A stretch of DNA of 64,000 nt from Blepharisma stoltei ATCC 30299 (taxonomy: Eukaryota; Protista; Ciliophora): contig CBFDEM010000051.1 in NCBI GenBank assembly GCA_965603825.1, positions 682,001 through 746,000 on the forward strand, written 5' to 3'. Under the pieces are notes generated by a model that saw only the letters and a program-made list of their open reading frames with translations, ran no database searches and had not been told where the DNA came from. Below are positions 1 to 12,813 of this stretch, piece by piece (positions within the stretch are counted from its first letter, which is position 1; each line of letters opens with the position of its first letter). Position numbers and translations under genes: made by a program.

Positions 1-197
1 GTTATTCTATGATTGTTAGTTTCAATTGATGTTATTAGATTTGCAAATGTTTCATGTATTAGTAACCCAGTTCCGCCTGATCCTCTGTTGCCAGCAATTG
101 GCCCATTATTTCCAATTCAGATAAATCCTTGAATATATAAGGAAGTTTTCAGTCATGTTTCAGCAATTCCAAGAATAGAAATATCATTAGTAATCAT
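1..197 (-). mobile_element. Non-LTR retrotransposon APE-type endonuclease fragment (5'-truncated, runs off window start)
   Basis: Minus-strand translation with TGA=W: MITNDISILGIAETWLKTSLYIQGFIWIGNNGPIAGNRGSGGTGLLIHETFANLITSIETNNHRI. This matches the DIxxxxETWL and GGxGLL motifs of LINE exo/endo/phosphatase domains. The N-terminal NxxG motif is missing and there is an in-frame TAA upstream. Confidence 0.7.
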
Positions 198-432
198 TAA
201 ATTAGTACACCTATAGAAGATAAAGATAAAAATCAAAATAATCTGTGATCTCGATTATCTAAGCGAAAAAATAATTCTTGACACTTTGTAAGTTCATTTA
301 GTTCAGCTTTATCTATCAGCAATAGTGATTTTAGATGTTTTGCTAAATGATAATCTTACATTAAGACATTGTGCTGACTATTAATTCATAAAATAATAAT
401 GATAATGATGATGCTAATAAGCAGATTTTTAA

Positions 433-729
433 AGAAACAGCAGAATTTGCATTAAAACAAAAATTTATGCTTTGGCTTTTCAAATTGGTACGCACTTCAA
501 TAGATTAAGATTTTCCACACCAGTATGAGAACTGGAAACTTACTGGGACTAAGCTACTTCAATATACCCTCTTTACCAATTAAAAGACCAATGTGTAAGA
601 AGTATATATACAAGTGCATTTTGGGAGCTAGAAGAAGAGTATATGAACTCTATCCAGCCTGCGGATAATGATGATAACTCTGCTGTTATAGCAGCAATTG
701 GAGGCATTCTATCTTTAATAGCATTTTAA
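433..729 (+). pseudogene. Possible decayed 3' end of a surface-protein gene (hydrophobic/GPI-like C-terminus)
   Basis: The frame reads ...FWELEEEYMNSIQPADNDDNSAVIAAIGGILSLIAF* but has an internal TAA at 550-552 and no start codon. Confidence 0.25.
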
Positions 730-768
730 GCTAAATTATACTGATTAAATGGAATAAATTCGTTAAAT

Positions 769-1827
769 TTAAACTGTTGGATATGATGGTTGCATTTGGA
801 TACCACAGATACCAGCTCCTGCCTTGACTGCGATTCTGATGTATCCTTGTTCTCCCCAATCTGCACCCCAAGAGTTTTTGACTTTCCAGTATTGAGGGGA
901 GTTGGTAAAGTTGTAACCTACAACCAAAACACCGTGGTCTAAAGCTGTTCCACAATCCTTGCTAACAATACCTCCTTTATAGAGCTGCCAAGAATCTTGA
1001 TTAGCTTCAACTGCGACTGATATTGGCTGTTGAGCAACTGCTGCTTGTAATTGGGCAACGTTGTCTGGGGCGACATCGGTGTACTTGCTAATGGTAGCGT
1101 TGACTTGGGCAACTTTGATCTTGTTGCAGGCTCCTTGGACTTGTTGATAAGGATAGTTTGCTTCTGAGGTGATTCCTTGAGCAATGATGTATTTGAAAGC
1201 ATTGTCCATAAGTCCACCTTTGCAACCTTGATTTCCATAAATGGAGTTAGATGAGCAATCAACAAGTTCTTGTTCGGAGAGGGATACAAGGGTGTGTCCA
1301 GAGAGGAACCAGGCACCTTCTACAGATCCAGTTGTGGAGAAAGCCCAGCAGCTTCCACAGTTTCCTTGGTTCTTGACAGCGGTAACTGCACCTTTGGTGG
1401 TCCAGTCAACTTGGGATGGGACTGAAACTTCATCAAGCATGGCGACGTTGGTTGCTTCTTTAGGTTGGAATTTGGTTGGGAGGTATTTAGCCTTGAATTC
1501 TGAGAAGCTCATGTCAGCGTATTGATTGACACCAAGAGTCCAGGAATTTCCAAGGGTGTTGAAAATGCGGATGTAAGCTGAGTTGTCACGGAATATTTTG
1601 AATCTCATTCCATATTCTTCATCAGACTCGTAGGATTTCTGGTATTTGTCCATGTAATCTCTGAATTCTTGCTCCTCAAAGGCAAACTGAGCAAGAGCTG
1701 GAGAAACTGAGGAGCTTGATACTGCAATTGTAGCAACAACTCCGACAACAGCTAGAAGACCGAGGACAGCAAAGACAGTCTTTTTGGAGGTTTTGGCTTG
1801 AGTGCCAACAGCGAAATAGCCTTCCAT
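769..1827 (-). CDS. Papain-family (C1A) cathepsin L-like cysteine protease, active
   Basis: N-terminal hydrophobic anchor, I29 prodomain (ERFNIN-like, GVNQYADM), QGNCGSCWAF, LDHGVLVVGY, VKNSWG. Confidence 0.95.
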   Translation of the reverse strand: MEGYFAVGTQAKTSKKTVFAVLGLLAVVGVVATIAVSSSSVSPALAQFAFEEQEFRDYMDKYQKSYESDEEYGMRFKIFRDNSAYIRIFNTLGNSWTLGVNQYADMSFSEFKAKYLPTKFQPKEATNVAMLDEVSVPSQVDWTTKGAVTAVKNQGNCGSCWAFSTTGSVEGAWFLSGHTLVSLSEQELVDCSSNSIYGNQGCKGGLMDNAFKYIIAQGITSEANYPYQQVQGACNKIKVAQVNATISKYTDVAPDNVAQLQAAVAQQPISVAVEANQDSWQLYKGGIVSKDCGTALDHGVLVVGYNFTNSPQYWKVKNSWGADWGEQGYIRIAVKAGAGICGIQMQPSYPTV

Positions 1828-2242
1828 TTTGGTTTATTAAATTCACCTGTTTTATGGAACAAATCATGTGAGGCTTATAATGTTTTGTTTATTTATCAGA
1901 TATAAATATAAGATTACAATAAATCAGTAAGGTTTTATACACACTCGTTTCATATAATTTTTTACTAAGCTATTTTATATGTGAACCCAAATTAATTATT
2001 ATTTAAATATTTAAGACTGGTTCAAATTTTATTATTTACTATTTTTAAATAGTTCGATATGGATAATTGGGTATTTTAAAGCAGCTTAAATTGCTATTTT
2101 CTTAAAATATTTGTATATAAAAATTAGAATATCAAAAGCGATTTTGCATTGCAAACTTACGCAATAAATTTAAAGATTATATAATTAAAAATAATTAGGA
2201 AGATATTTAAAAGGAATTATTGAAAGCAAATTTATAATCAAA

Positions 2243-2998
2243 ATGGATCAAACTGACCCTAATAGGCCAAATCGATTTTTACCTAAAAAAGATGACTTCG
2301 TGTATGGTGACTCTTCTACTTATTTTCAGCCTCAAGGTCCAGATGTAACCCAGCATCCAATTTTGCAGCCAGAAATCCCAGGCCAAGAACTATTTGATAT
2401 CTATAAGCGCCCTCCATCTCCAAAACTTATATTACCAGACGATTCCTACTTCTACATCAACGTTTCAGGCCAAATAGAATACGCCGATTTTCAAGGAGTT
2501 GACAGCTTATTTATGAAATATGATTTTGTTGCAGGTCCAGAATGGCAAATCATCTATGGCCAAAAATCAGGCGGCTCGCAAACAGCTTATAAAGCCCGTG
2601 GCAGCAATCGACGACTTGTATGAAATTTTCCTTTCAACCTCGGCTTTCGCAGTACAAATCTTAAAGGCTGGCCTCAATTAATCATCACATGCATAGGCGG
2701 GGATTTCTTAGGACGAGAAGTAATCAAAGGGTATGGAAATGGCCATATCCCTACACAACCAGGCCGCCACGAAAGGACTCTTTACATGTATCGTCCTAAA
2801 TCCTCCTCTATTTTAGTCAATTTCATAGGAGCACTCAAAGGGAAACTAGCTGAACTTATAGACCCGCCATCTACTTTAGGTATGGCTGATGGAAGAGAAG
2901 TCACCAGAATGGAGTCAGGAGGGTCAGTAAAAATTGTATTCCAAGTAAGCCAAACGAACATGGAGAAGTTTGGCTACTCTGTTAAATCGATTAGCTAA
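2243..2998 (+). CDS. B9D1: B9 domain ciliary transition-zone protein (B9D1/MKSR1-like); one TGA=Trp at 2621-2623
   Basis: ORFs 2243..2623 and 2786..2998 are one frame: RRLV-W(TGA)-NFPF..STN..GWPQLI..DFLGR.VIKGYG..HIPTQPG. Confidence 0.85.
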
Positions 2999-3050
2999 TT
3001 AATTATTCTAATTGTAATTCCATTATATAAGTATCTGCTATTATTCAAAT

Positions 3051-4133
3051 ATGAATCAGTCTCTCTATAAAAGGCGACTTCCTCATCAATTAATTGCATT
3101 TGCTTCTAACCGAGGAAAACAGATCTTCAAAGAAGCCTTAGACGAAGGCAACATGGAGTCGTATTTTGAGCTTTCCCAGCAGTTTTTGACACAAGATAGA
3201 CCTGAAGATTGCGGACTAAGCACATTGGTGATGGTTTTAAATACTCTAGGAATTGATCCTGGGAAGACCTGGCATTACCCATGAAGATGGTACTCAGAAG
3301 ACTTATTGCACTGTGGACAACGAGACCCTGACGGTATCGAGCTTAACGAATTCGTCCAGCTTGCTTTATGTAACAAAACCTGGGCAATGGGATTTTACCC
3401 TGCAATTCAAAAAGAAAAAGAAATGAAAATCAACATAAAAAGCTCCTGCAACTTACACCCTGAAAACGTACATTTTAGGTTCGCAAGTTTAGACACTTTT
3501 AGAAGTGCCATTGTAAGCGCTTCGAGGAGATCAGGATTTGTGATTGCAGTAAATTCAAGCAGAAAAGCGTTGGAACAGACTGGGGAAGGGCATTATAGTC
3601 CTTTAGGGGGATATCATTCAGGGACTGATATGTGTCTGCTGTTAGATGTGGCGAGATTTAAGTATCCAGCTTATTGACTGCCTGTTCCGTTGATGTATGA
3701 AGCACTTGAAAGAAAAGATCCGGCGTCAGGGAATTCGCGAGGGTTTATACTTTTGTCGAGATCTAAAAAGCATTTTCCTGAGACTTGTACAGTAAGCATG
3801 GATATTACGTCACTTAAACATTTGCCGAGGCCAGTTACAGAAGATTTGTTGGTTAGGCCGACACAAGATTTTTTAGCGCTGATTGTACATTATTTTTTTA
3901 CTTTTTATGAAGATTTGACTCAGGATGTTATTGAGAAAATAGAAAATCAGCTGAAAGAGGTGGAGGAGCCAGTTTTGAATCCACAGTTGTTGAATTTAAT
4001 AAAAGAGATGAACCCTAGCTTTTCACAAAGCACAAAACTAGTGTCGCTAGGGTTTTCGCGGAACGAGTTTGAGCAACCATTAAATGGCTTTCTCAAGAAG
4101 CTAAGAAGGGATCTCGGTTTGTCAATAAGTTAA
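3051..4133 (+). CDS. PCS: Phytochelatin synthase; TGA=Trp at 3282-3284 and 3675-3677
   Basis: Three ORFs are one frame: SLYKRRLP, CGLSTLVMVLN, YP-W-RWYSE, QTGEGHYSPLGGYH, LDVARFKYPAY-W-LP. Cys/His/Asp triad present. Confidence 0.92.
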
Positions 4134-4493
4134 TGAATTAATTTACCTATGCTATATAACAATAAGCTTTCTTTTCAAATTTAGCTTATTTGTGAATTTC
4201 TACATATTATATAACCCTGCCTCTAAATTCACCTCAGGTTTACTAAAAAAATCATTAATTTTTAAAAATAATTCCAATGGAAAAATTACCATTTATGAAA
4301 AGAAAAGATCAGGTCTCATTTAATAATTTTTTAATTAAATGAAAAAGATAAATTCTGAATTAAATAAAGCTTTATAAAGTATTGATGATTCATAAAAAGC
4401 TAGAAAAAGAGCTGTAGATCATATTAATTTTCATTTAAACTTGAAGATACTTACTTTGCATAAAAATAAATTTAATCTGGGCCATCATTTTTA

Positions 4494-6294
4494 ATGCACA
4501 AACATTGGCGATCTCGAAGTTCAATAACTTTTCGTGAAGTAATCCCACATAATCCTTTGCAGGACGACACAAGTTGTGAGTTATGGCTGGCGAAATCTAT
4601 TGTAATATACAAGGTAGGATATATTAAAAGCGAACCAACTAAAAGCAATAGCAGGAAAAGTAGCAATTTTTAAAACATTTAGAAGCGCTCCTATTGAAAA
4701 CAACATATTTTTAAATATAATAAAGCCTCTAAATTCAAGATATTGCAATTACCAAGAAGACGAGCCTGAAATTGAGTTTAAAAAAAGACTAGAATCAATT
4801 AACAGTTTCTTGCAGGTCGAAGGAGAATTTCTAAGATCAGAAGCATTTTATACAGTGATAGAAAACGCTATCGAAGAGATCAAGCCCGCTTTGCTTTTAG
4901 AGCTATATCACCCTTGTTTTGAAACCACAATCAAAGAGTAGTATTCATATAGTTTTGCCTCGATTCTTAAGACAGATTGATGCCATATCCACCTGATTGC
5001 CCTCGCCACAGAATGCTATAAGATAATTCGCAAAGAAAACAACCAAGAATTCATTGCTAATAAAATCAGAAAATTTTTCATCCCAATATTAGGAATTTTA
5101 AGTGTAGAAAACTACCAGGAAGAGCCAGAAATCGTGAAATCGGTTGAAAAAATACTGAAATACAAGAAAACACAAGAAATTTTGGAGCAGTTTCCATGTG
5201 ATAAAGATTTAATTCAGCTAGAAATTGATGAGGTCGCTGTTCCAAGCTTATTAGATTTCGATATAAAGAAGGGGTTTTTTAATAAATGCCAAAAAAAGTC
5301 TAAACAGACTGCAAAAGGCATCTCAGAGCTACAGTTTTTCAGAGAAAACAGCAAAAATAAATCAAAAGAGCTTTGCTTCAGAAGATGTGCGTCTAGCGGC
5401 GAGTTGGCCAAAAAATCATATCAAAAGCGTAGAGAACTCGTTTTCAACCTTTTAGCAGCATCTGAGTCTCACTACTCCACAAGCAATTCTATCCGTTTAC
5501 TACTGGAAAAAGAAATTTACAGTAAAAATTACCATGGACTCTTAATCAGTGATATCCCTCCGAATTTTTCTGCAAATAATCCTAATCTCGCTATATTTTT
5601 TTCAAGGACTTCTTTTCCGTCCAGTATCCAAGCACCTTCAGAAATCAATGAATCCTATGTCACAGAAAGGTCGAAGCTAGATCATCCTTTTAATGAAATT
5701 TTTGACGAAGTTTTACATATAGAAGAGTCTTCGCCAAATCCAAGAGAATGGATGACGCTTTTTGAAGACTCTTTAATTGCTATTTATTGCAAAGCATTGT
5801 CTGATAAAGGACTTTTATTGATGAGAACTTATGCGATGCTGTCAATCCCCCCAAAAGAACTTTACAATAAATTCATCACTCCTGCAATCTCAAGCAGAAA
5901 TAAAGGAGCTTTCAGGAAAATCAAATTAATTGAATCCAAGCCTCATTTTGAGCTTTATTCATATAGACTTATGCCGTATGCAGGAATTGTGGAACGAGAG
6001 TTTATAGTAAGAAGATCATATATGGATGATTTTCCTGGACAAGGGGAATCAATGATTGTGATAAAAAGCATTGATGTAGAAGAAACTGGGGAGGTTAAAA
6101 GAAAATTTCCATTAGGAAGAGCTTTTGTTTCTGGCATGATTTTGAGACCTTCAGATAATGGAGGGACAAAACTAAGCTATATATTAAAATGCCAGCTAGG
6201 TGGGCTGATTCCATTACATTTACTTTACAATTATTTTACTGCTTTTGTCAAAGAAGTCATATCTGACTGCGAAAATATTTCTAAGACTGAATAA
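4494..6294 (+). CDS. Protein with C-terminal START (lipid-binding) domain; predicted introns 4602-4617 and 4938-4952
   Basis: C-terminus has START features (VEREFIVRR, SGMILRP, QLGGLIP). The frame extends upstream of 5134 through a TGA and a 15-nt intron; a 16-nt intron links to ATG 4494. The 5' end is less certain. Confidence 0.65.
4602..4617 (+). other. 16-nt intron (gtaatatacaaggtag)
   Basis: GTA...TAG with A at -6; joins an ATG-initiated 36-codon exon to the downstream frame. Confidence 0.55.
4938..4952 (+). other. 15-nt intron (gtagtattcatatag)
   Basis: Removes an in-frame TAG from an otherwise open frame. Confidence 0.75.
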
Positions 6295-6304
6295 AATAAT
6301 TAAT

Positions 6305-9300
6305 TTAGGCTTGACTAAAGAATATTCTTGCACCTAAGAAGCAATACTTCAATAGCTCGAACTCCTGCCTAAACACTATGATTTTTCTGAGAGAAATTTG
6401 TTGCATTTTCATGACTTCTTCTTGGTTTTTGATATTATTTAGCCTTTCTTCTTCCTGTTCAAACTTTTGTTCAACGCTTTCAAACCAATGTAAAGAGTCA
6501 AAGTCGTTTTCTTGTTCCAAAATTCTTAAAATATAAGCTAAGCCTACAGCAAAGCCATCATCCTATATAAAATTTACAGTAAAGTACATGTCGTCTGCTT
6601 TTTTCTTCGTAAGCTTGTCTTTAGCTACTAAAATATTTTCTATAAAGCTAATTGTGAGGGCTGGAATTATTAGGTAAAAATATTTTAGATGCTTGGCTTC
6701 ACTGTTATTTAGGACACCTTGGAAAGTTTTGACGAGAATGCTGAAATATTCGGTATCTTCAGTGAAATTTTTGGTTAATGAAGCAATGATGCTATCTAGA
6801 ACCTTGGTAGAGATATCAGTGGATGGAGAATATTCTTTTGCCAGCTCTGTGAATTCAGGAATTTCTTGGGTATTTGGAATAAATTGAGTTTTAGTGGCTG
6901 TCAAATTTAAGCCTGCAGTTTTTATCATACGAATCAGCCCAAGTGTATTTCCAATCTGGGTAATTAGCTGTCTAAATTTATCAATATAAGTAGCTCCACC
7001 TTCAAAAGTCCCAAGTCTTTTGATTTCTTTTAAGAAAGTTTCTGGTCTATCATATGGCATCAATTGGTTCAATTGGTCTCGGTTTGCTTCAAAGAATTTT
7101 TTATCTTTGACTAATTGTGAAAAAATGTGGTCATCAAATAGAAATTGTGAGAAAACTTGGAATTTTTTAGCGAGGAGCTTGTAAGTGGTGTTTATTGTGC
7201 TGTTAATTAAGCCAAGCCCATGAGTTTTTAATGAATTTGTTATATGCATAAAAGACACACATCTTACATGCTTATCATCTCCTGATGTAGCTTCCATGAA
7301 AAATTGGTTGTGAAGGTTGTATTTAAAACCGTTCACAAAGCTTGGGAGCTTTCTAGTGATTTCCAATAAATCCATACCTTGGTCTAGATGTTTGCTTGGT
7401 AAATGGACCTCGCTTAAGACCATATTGTACTTTTGCTTAGCAAGAGATCTCATTTCTTCGTAAACTCTTCAGTCGTTAAGGTTTAATGCAGTCATGTTGT
7501 AGAAAGTTTCATCAAGGTACCCTTCAATTCTTTTCTTAATATCAATGATTTTTTCACAAAATTGCAAAGGCTGGCTTTCAAGGAACCATGAAAGATTGCT
7601 TGATTCTAGAGGATTTTGTTTCTCAATCCCACTTATATATAATGAATGGATCTGCAAACGTAAATCACTCTCAATAGCCCTTGCTAGTGGCATAATCACC
7701 TGATTCACCAGCTCGTCTTCTCTATCCTTCAAATAATTGTCCTTTAGAGACTTCGGATCTTCCATATGTTTGCTTGCTAGCAGCTGATAAGCAGAGTCTT
7801 CTAAAGCCATGTACAAGTACTTCAACCTATGTACATTTGCAGGCTCTGCATATATAAAGCTTAAGAAATGGGTATTTAATTCCTGAATCCAATACACAAA
7901 TGAACAGTCCGTCGACCGTTTCAAGTTATCTTGATAATCAGCTAAAATCCCAAGTCTCCAAATGCAGTCATTTACAATGCTCCTATCATTATCTCTAAGC
8001 TCACTTTTCATATCTAAAATCTCATTAGAAAACCTCAAAATATCAATTCTTGTAGCATTCATGCACCCTTTGGCCAAATCTTGGACCAATCTATAAACAT
8101 TCATTAAATCCGTCGCCGTTTCCCCTTTTTTCCCATAATTTTTTTCTCTAATGGTATCAAATGGTCTTATCCCTTCATCAATAATAAGTTTCATAATCCC
8201 TCCAAGGTTCAAGGCAATAATTTCTTGTTTTCTTTCTAAAGTTGATGAAATGGCTTTTATAAGCTCTATGGCTTCCATTATTAATGGAATAAAATTAGCT
8301 GAAAAAGGAACTCCATGGTGTTCATGCAGCGCTGTATTAGTTTGGACGTAATTTTGAATCTGATAAGCTAATATTAGCCCTTGTAATAATAATTTTCCTT
8401 GTGAGGACTGTAATTGTTCTTGGGACCCTGATATTGATGACGAAGTATTCAAAAAGCTCTGCATACGAGAAGACCATAAGGAAAATTTTGTATGCCAAAA
8501 CTGGACATAATTGCTAAGCTGCTCATCAGATTTTTGAATAAATTGAGAAATATAAGCGTCTGGATCTTTAGGCTCTAGGGTTATACTTTTTGGAGGTGGA
8601 GAGTGCTTCATTAATAGTTCACTTGGATAGATTAGGACAAGTCCAGTGATACTGACTGCTGGAGCCTTTTTTTGGAGGCTCCAAAAAGCTTTGAATAATT
8701 TTTTATCAAAATCTTTAGGGTAGAGTCTTCTGTATAAGAAATAGAGACATAGGACGTCAACGACCTGTTTAGATTCTTGCCACTCGAATTGAGTATCGAT
8801 GGTATTGTAGATTTTATCAAGTTTTATTCTGAAGTATTGCTGGAATTCAGCTTGCAGCTCTTTATTGCTTGAAATGCCAGGCTCAAATGCTTTTTGGGTT
8901 AAGCAGACTTGTAAGCAGCTTGCTCCAAGAATGGTTCTATCCAGCTGCAAGCAGCATTTTCTCAGCTGTTTTTCTTGCCTTTCATTAATATTGTATTTCG
9001 AAGGAGCTGATTTCACAAATTGCATCATCCTTTTATAAAGTTCCCAATGGTTAGTTAAATTTTCATTATCAGCGACCACAGCATCAATAGAAGCTAAAGC
9101 TCCTAAAATCATGCCTAAAGCGTCAAAAGCACACATAGGGTGTACATACTTAAATAGCTTTGTATACATATCATGACTTTTAGCTTGTTTTTTATTAAAA
9201 AGGCAATGCAGCTGATGCACCATGTTAATAACCAAACTGTTCAGATATGACAAATTCTCAAAGGTTTCCCCTAAAAACCCTATAATTTTTCCAATCATGA

Positions 9301-9700
9301 GCTCAGCGTCACCTTCTTCAAGCTCTTGGTCTTGTGGAGTGCCTTCTCCGTAGAAGTTTAAAGCAGGAATTACATTTGTGTCAATATATTCCCTTGCAAG
9401 CCTGATTTCTGAGATTAAGTAAGTGAAGACTGTATAGACTTTGTTTAAATCGCTGTTGCTTGTATTCACCATTTCCAAGATGCCTATTGCTTTTTCAAAG
9501 CCCTGGTATTCAGTTGCCATAGCTCTAGGATGACAAGGTTCTTCTGATTTGATTTTTTGGATTTCGTTGAGTTTTTCTTTATAAAGTGTAATAAGTTCTT
9601 TGAATTTGATGAGCTGAAATTCATTGGCTGGCCTTGCCATGGGATTAGAAGCTTTAGATTTGAGATCATCTGTCTCTTCGTCGCTATAGACAGGCTCCAT
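6305..9700 (-). CDS. WASHC4: WASH complex subunit 4 (SWIP/KIAA1033); TGA=Trp at 7469-7471, intron 6563-6577
   Basis: Motifs FYNMTALNLND-W-RVYEEMR, YNLHNQFF, FRQLITQIGN, YFT|DDGFAVG, FDSLHWF, EFELL.YC..GARIFF. Confidence 0.92.
6563..6577 (-). other. 15-nt intron (gtaaattttatatag)
   Basis: Splicing restores the conserved FTDDGF motif of WASHC4. Confidence 0.92.
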
Positions 9701-10066
9701 TTATTATTCACCAGAAATTATATTGCTTTAATAGAAGTTTTCGGAATCATTTCAAGATTTTCAAAGGCTTGAAGTGTTGCCAATTACAGAAGGTGACGAG
9801 CATCTTGACTTTTACGATTTTCAAAAAGAAAATGTCTGAAAATATTAAATACTCCAAAAAATTTAGGAATTTTATATCATTATTGATTATCTGCAAATCG
9901 TAAAACTTAAAGAAAGCCTGAATTTAGTTGATTTTTTATATTTTTTATCATTTTTCACTAATTTCCTTTCTTTTCTCTTTTAATCAACCAAATTTCTGCA
10001 CTTATCAAATTCAATTTATCATAATTAATATCAAAATAGCAAGAATCATCTATTAAATCGTTTTTA

Positions 10067-10771
<705 letters not shown>

Positions 10772-11110
10772 TTATAATTTTGCATGAAATTGCATGAATT
10801 TATATTTAATATAATTTATTGAACTATTAAATAAAAATTACAATGAATAATAAATAAAAATAAAAATTCTTCTTATTGCTTGAAAATCTAATAAGAGCAG
10901 AAATTATAGTTAAAAAGTGAAATAAATTTATTTGAATAGGAATTTATTGGTCGCAAAAGACTGAAAATTAAGATGCATATAAATTTGGAATAATTGATTT
11001 TCTTTATTTTATTTGGATAATAAATTATTTACATCTTCATTTTATTTCGGTAAGTGGAAAAAATTTTAAAAAACATCCAATATAACTTCATATTTAAGTT
11101 ATTAGTGAGA

Positions 11111-11615
11111 ATGAATTCAGGTTGTCCCTGTACAGACCATTTGCTGGGAAATGGAAACTGTGAAGCATACTGCAATGTTTTAGCGTGCAATTGAGATAAA
11201 GGTGATTGTAATGAGTCCAAAGATCCTGCAGACATCACAATGATACTCATTATCGTTCTGGTGCCAACATTTATCTTGATCTTAGCGTAAACGTCAACAT
11301 AGGATTTTTATATGCATTGTAAGATGCTTTCTAAAAAGAAAAAGCAATTCTCACAGACACGAAATTTCAATAGCTCAAGAAGGTGACGATTTTATATCAA
11401 AGTTAAGCTTCGAAAAGCTTGCTTCTTTTCCAGCATACACAGGAAACTTGTCTAGTGAAAGCGTTCTTATTTGCGCTATCTGTTTAGCAGAACTACAAAA
11501 GGATGAAAATATTATAATAACAAAATGTCTTCATGAATACCATGAAGAATGCATGAATCAATGGATAAATTCATCCAAAAATAAAATATGCCCTTGCTGT
11601 AGGAAAAAAGTTTAA
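11111..11615 (+). CDS. LNR(Notch)-TM-RING-H2 protein, copy A; 16-nt intron 11287-11302
   Basis: MNSGCPCTDHLLGNGNCEAYCNVLACN-W-DKGDC, TM (ITMILIIVLVPTFILILA|IFICIV), then CAICLAELQKDENIIITKCLHEYHEECMNQWINSSKNKICPCC. Absent from the ORF track. Confidence 0.85.
11287..11302 (+). other. 16-nt intron (gtaaacgtcaacatag)
   Basis: Its removal puts LNR-TM in frame with the RING; same position as in the paralogs. Confidence 0.85.
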
Positions 11616-11798
11616 GCAAAAAACAATTATTATATTTTAATTTAGCTTATTAAATCTAAATTAATACATTTAATTCTAAATTTCACATCAAGATGGAGTA
11701 GCTTTGCAAAAAACTCTTACTAATAAATTTTATCTATTATATTAAATAAAAGCTAATATGTTTACAGAAAAATAATCTAAAAATATTCATATTTAATT

Positions 11799-12552
11799 AT
11801 GCAATCTAAACAATCATCAACTTGTCCTTGTTTGACCATCAATTTGGTAACGTAACATGCAATAAAATATGCAATAATTTTGAATTTAAATGTGACAATG
11901 GCGATCACAATTTTTCTCACTCTTTCTCTACAATTATTACATGAGTAATAATGATTAAACAGTTTGCTTTTCTTTATAGCATTTGCACAAAATTAATTTA
12001 ATGAAAAAAGAAATGATGCTCTTGATATAATTAATTGGCAATTAATCATGAATTCTTATGCCAGCAGCGCTCAGGACAGTTTTGCCGGAAATAGAGAAGG
12101 ATGTATTACCCCCAAATCGTGATAGTGGCTGAATATTTTATAGATGTCTAGAAAATGGTAAGTAGATTAGACAAGAAAGGCGATCAATCCAGTTAAAGGG
12201 CTCCTGAGAGGAGAAATACTCCCCAGGGATGATGGAAGGGGACTTTGTGAATGAATTGTAACATGTTTTCTAAAAAGAAAAAGCAATTCTCACAGACACT
12301 CAACCTTCAATAACTCAAGAAGTTGACGAATTTATATAAAATCAAGCATCTAAAAGCTTGTTTCTTTTCCAGGATACGCAAAAAACTTGTCTTGTGATAG
12401 CATTCTTATATTGCGTTATCTACCTGATAGAGCTACAAAAGGATGAAAATATTATAATAACAAAATATCTTCATGAGCATCATGAAGTTGGCATTTCTTA
12501 ATAGATAAAAATAAAAAAAAGCATGCAAGCCCCGCTGCATGAGAAAAGTTTA
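11799..12552 (+). pseudogene. Chimeric LNR-TM-RING pseudogene (5' part like copy C, 3' part like copy A, unrelated insert between)
   Basis: 11799-12000 resembles 12814-13020 with frameshifts, lost Cys and dead splice sites. 12255-12552 resembles 11317-11615 with in-frame stops and lost RING Cys. Confidence 0.8.
12010..12250 (+). mobile_element. Possible decayed reverse-transcriptase fragment
   Basis: DALDIINWQLIM (cf. AFDxINW) at 12015-12050 and INPVKGLLRGEILP (cf. GLxQGxxLSP) about 190 nt later; interrupted by stops. Confidence 0.35.
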
Positions 12553-12813
12553 CACTAAAACAAATTATTTAATTTTAATCGAGTTTATTAATATAAAATA
12601 ATGCATTTCTTTGAAATATCAAATGAGATATTGTAAATTTGAAACAAGCTCTTAATAAAAATGAAATATAGGTTGCTTTCCATCATATATAAAATAATAA
12701 TCTTTTAATTGATTTAATCCTTTATCTTTTAATTATAAATTTTATCTATATTATATTAAATAAATGCTGTCATGTTTTACTGAAAAATAATCTGACATCA
12801 TCCATATTTAATT

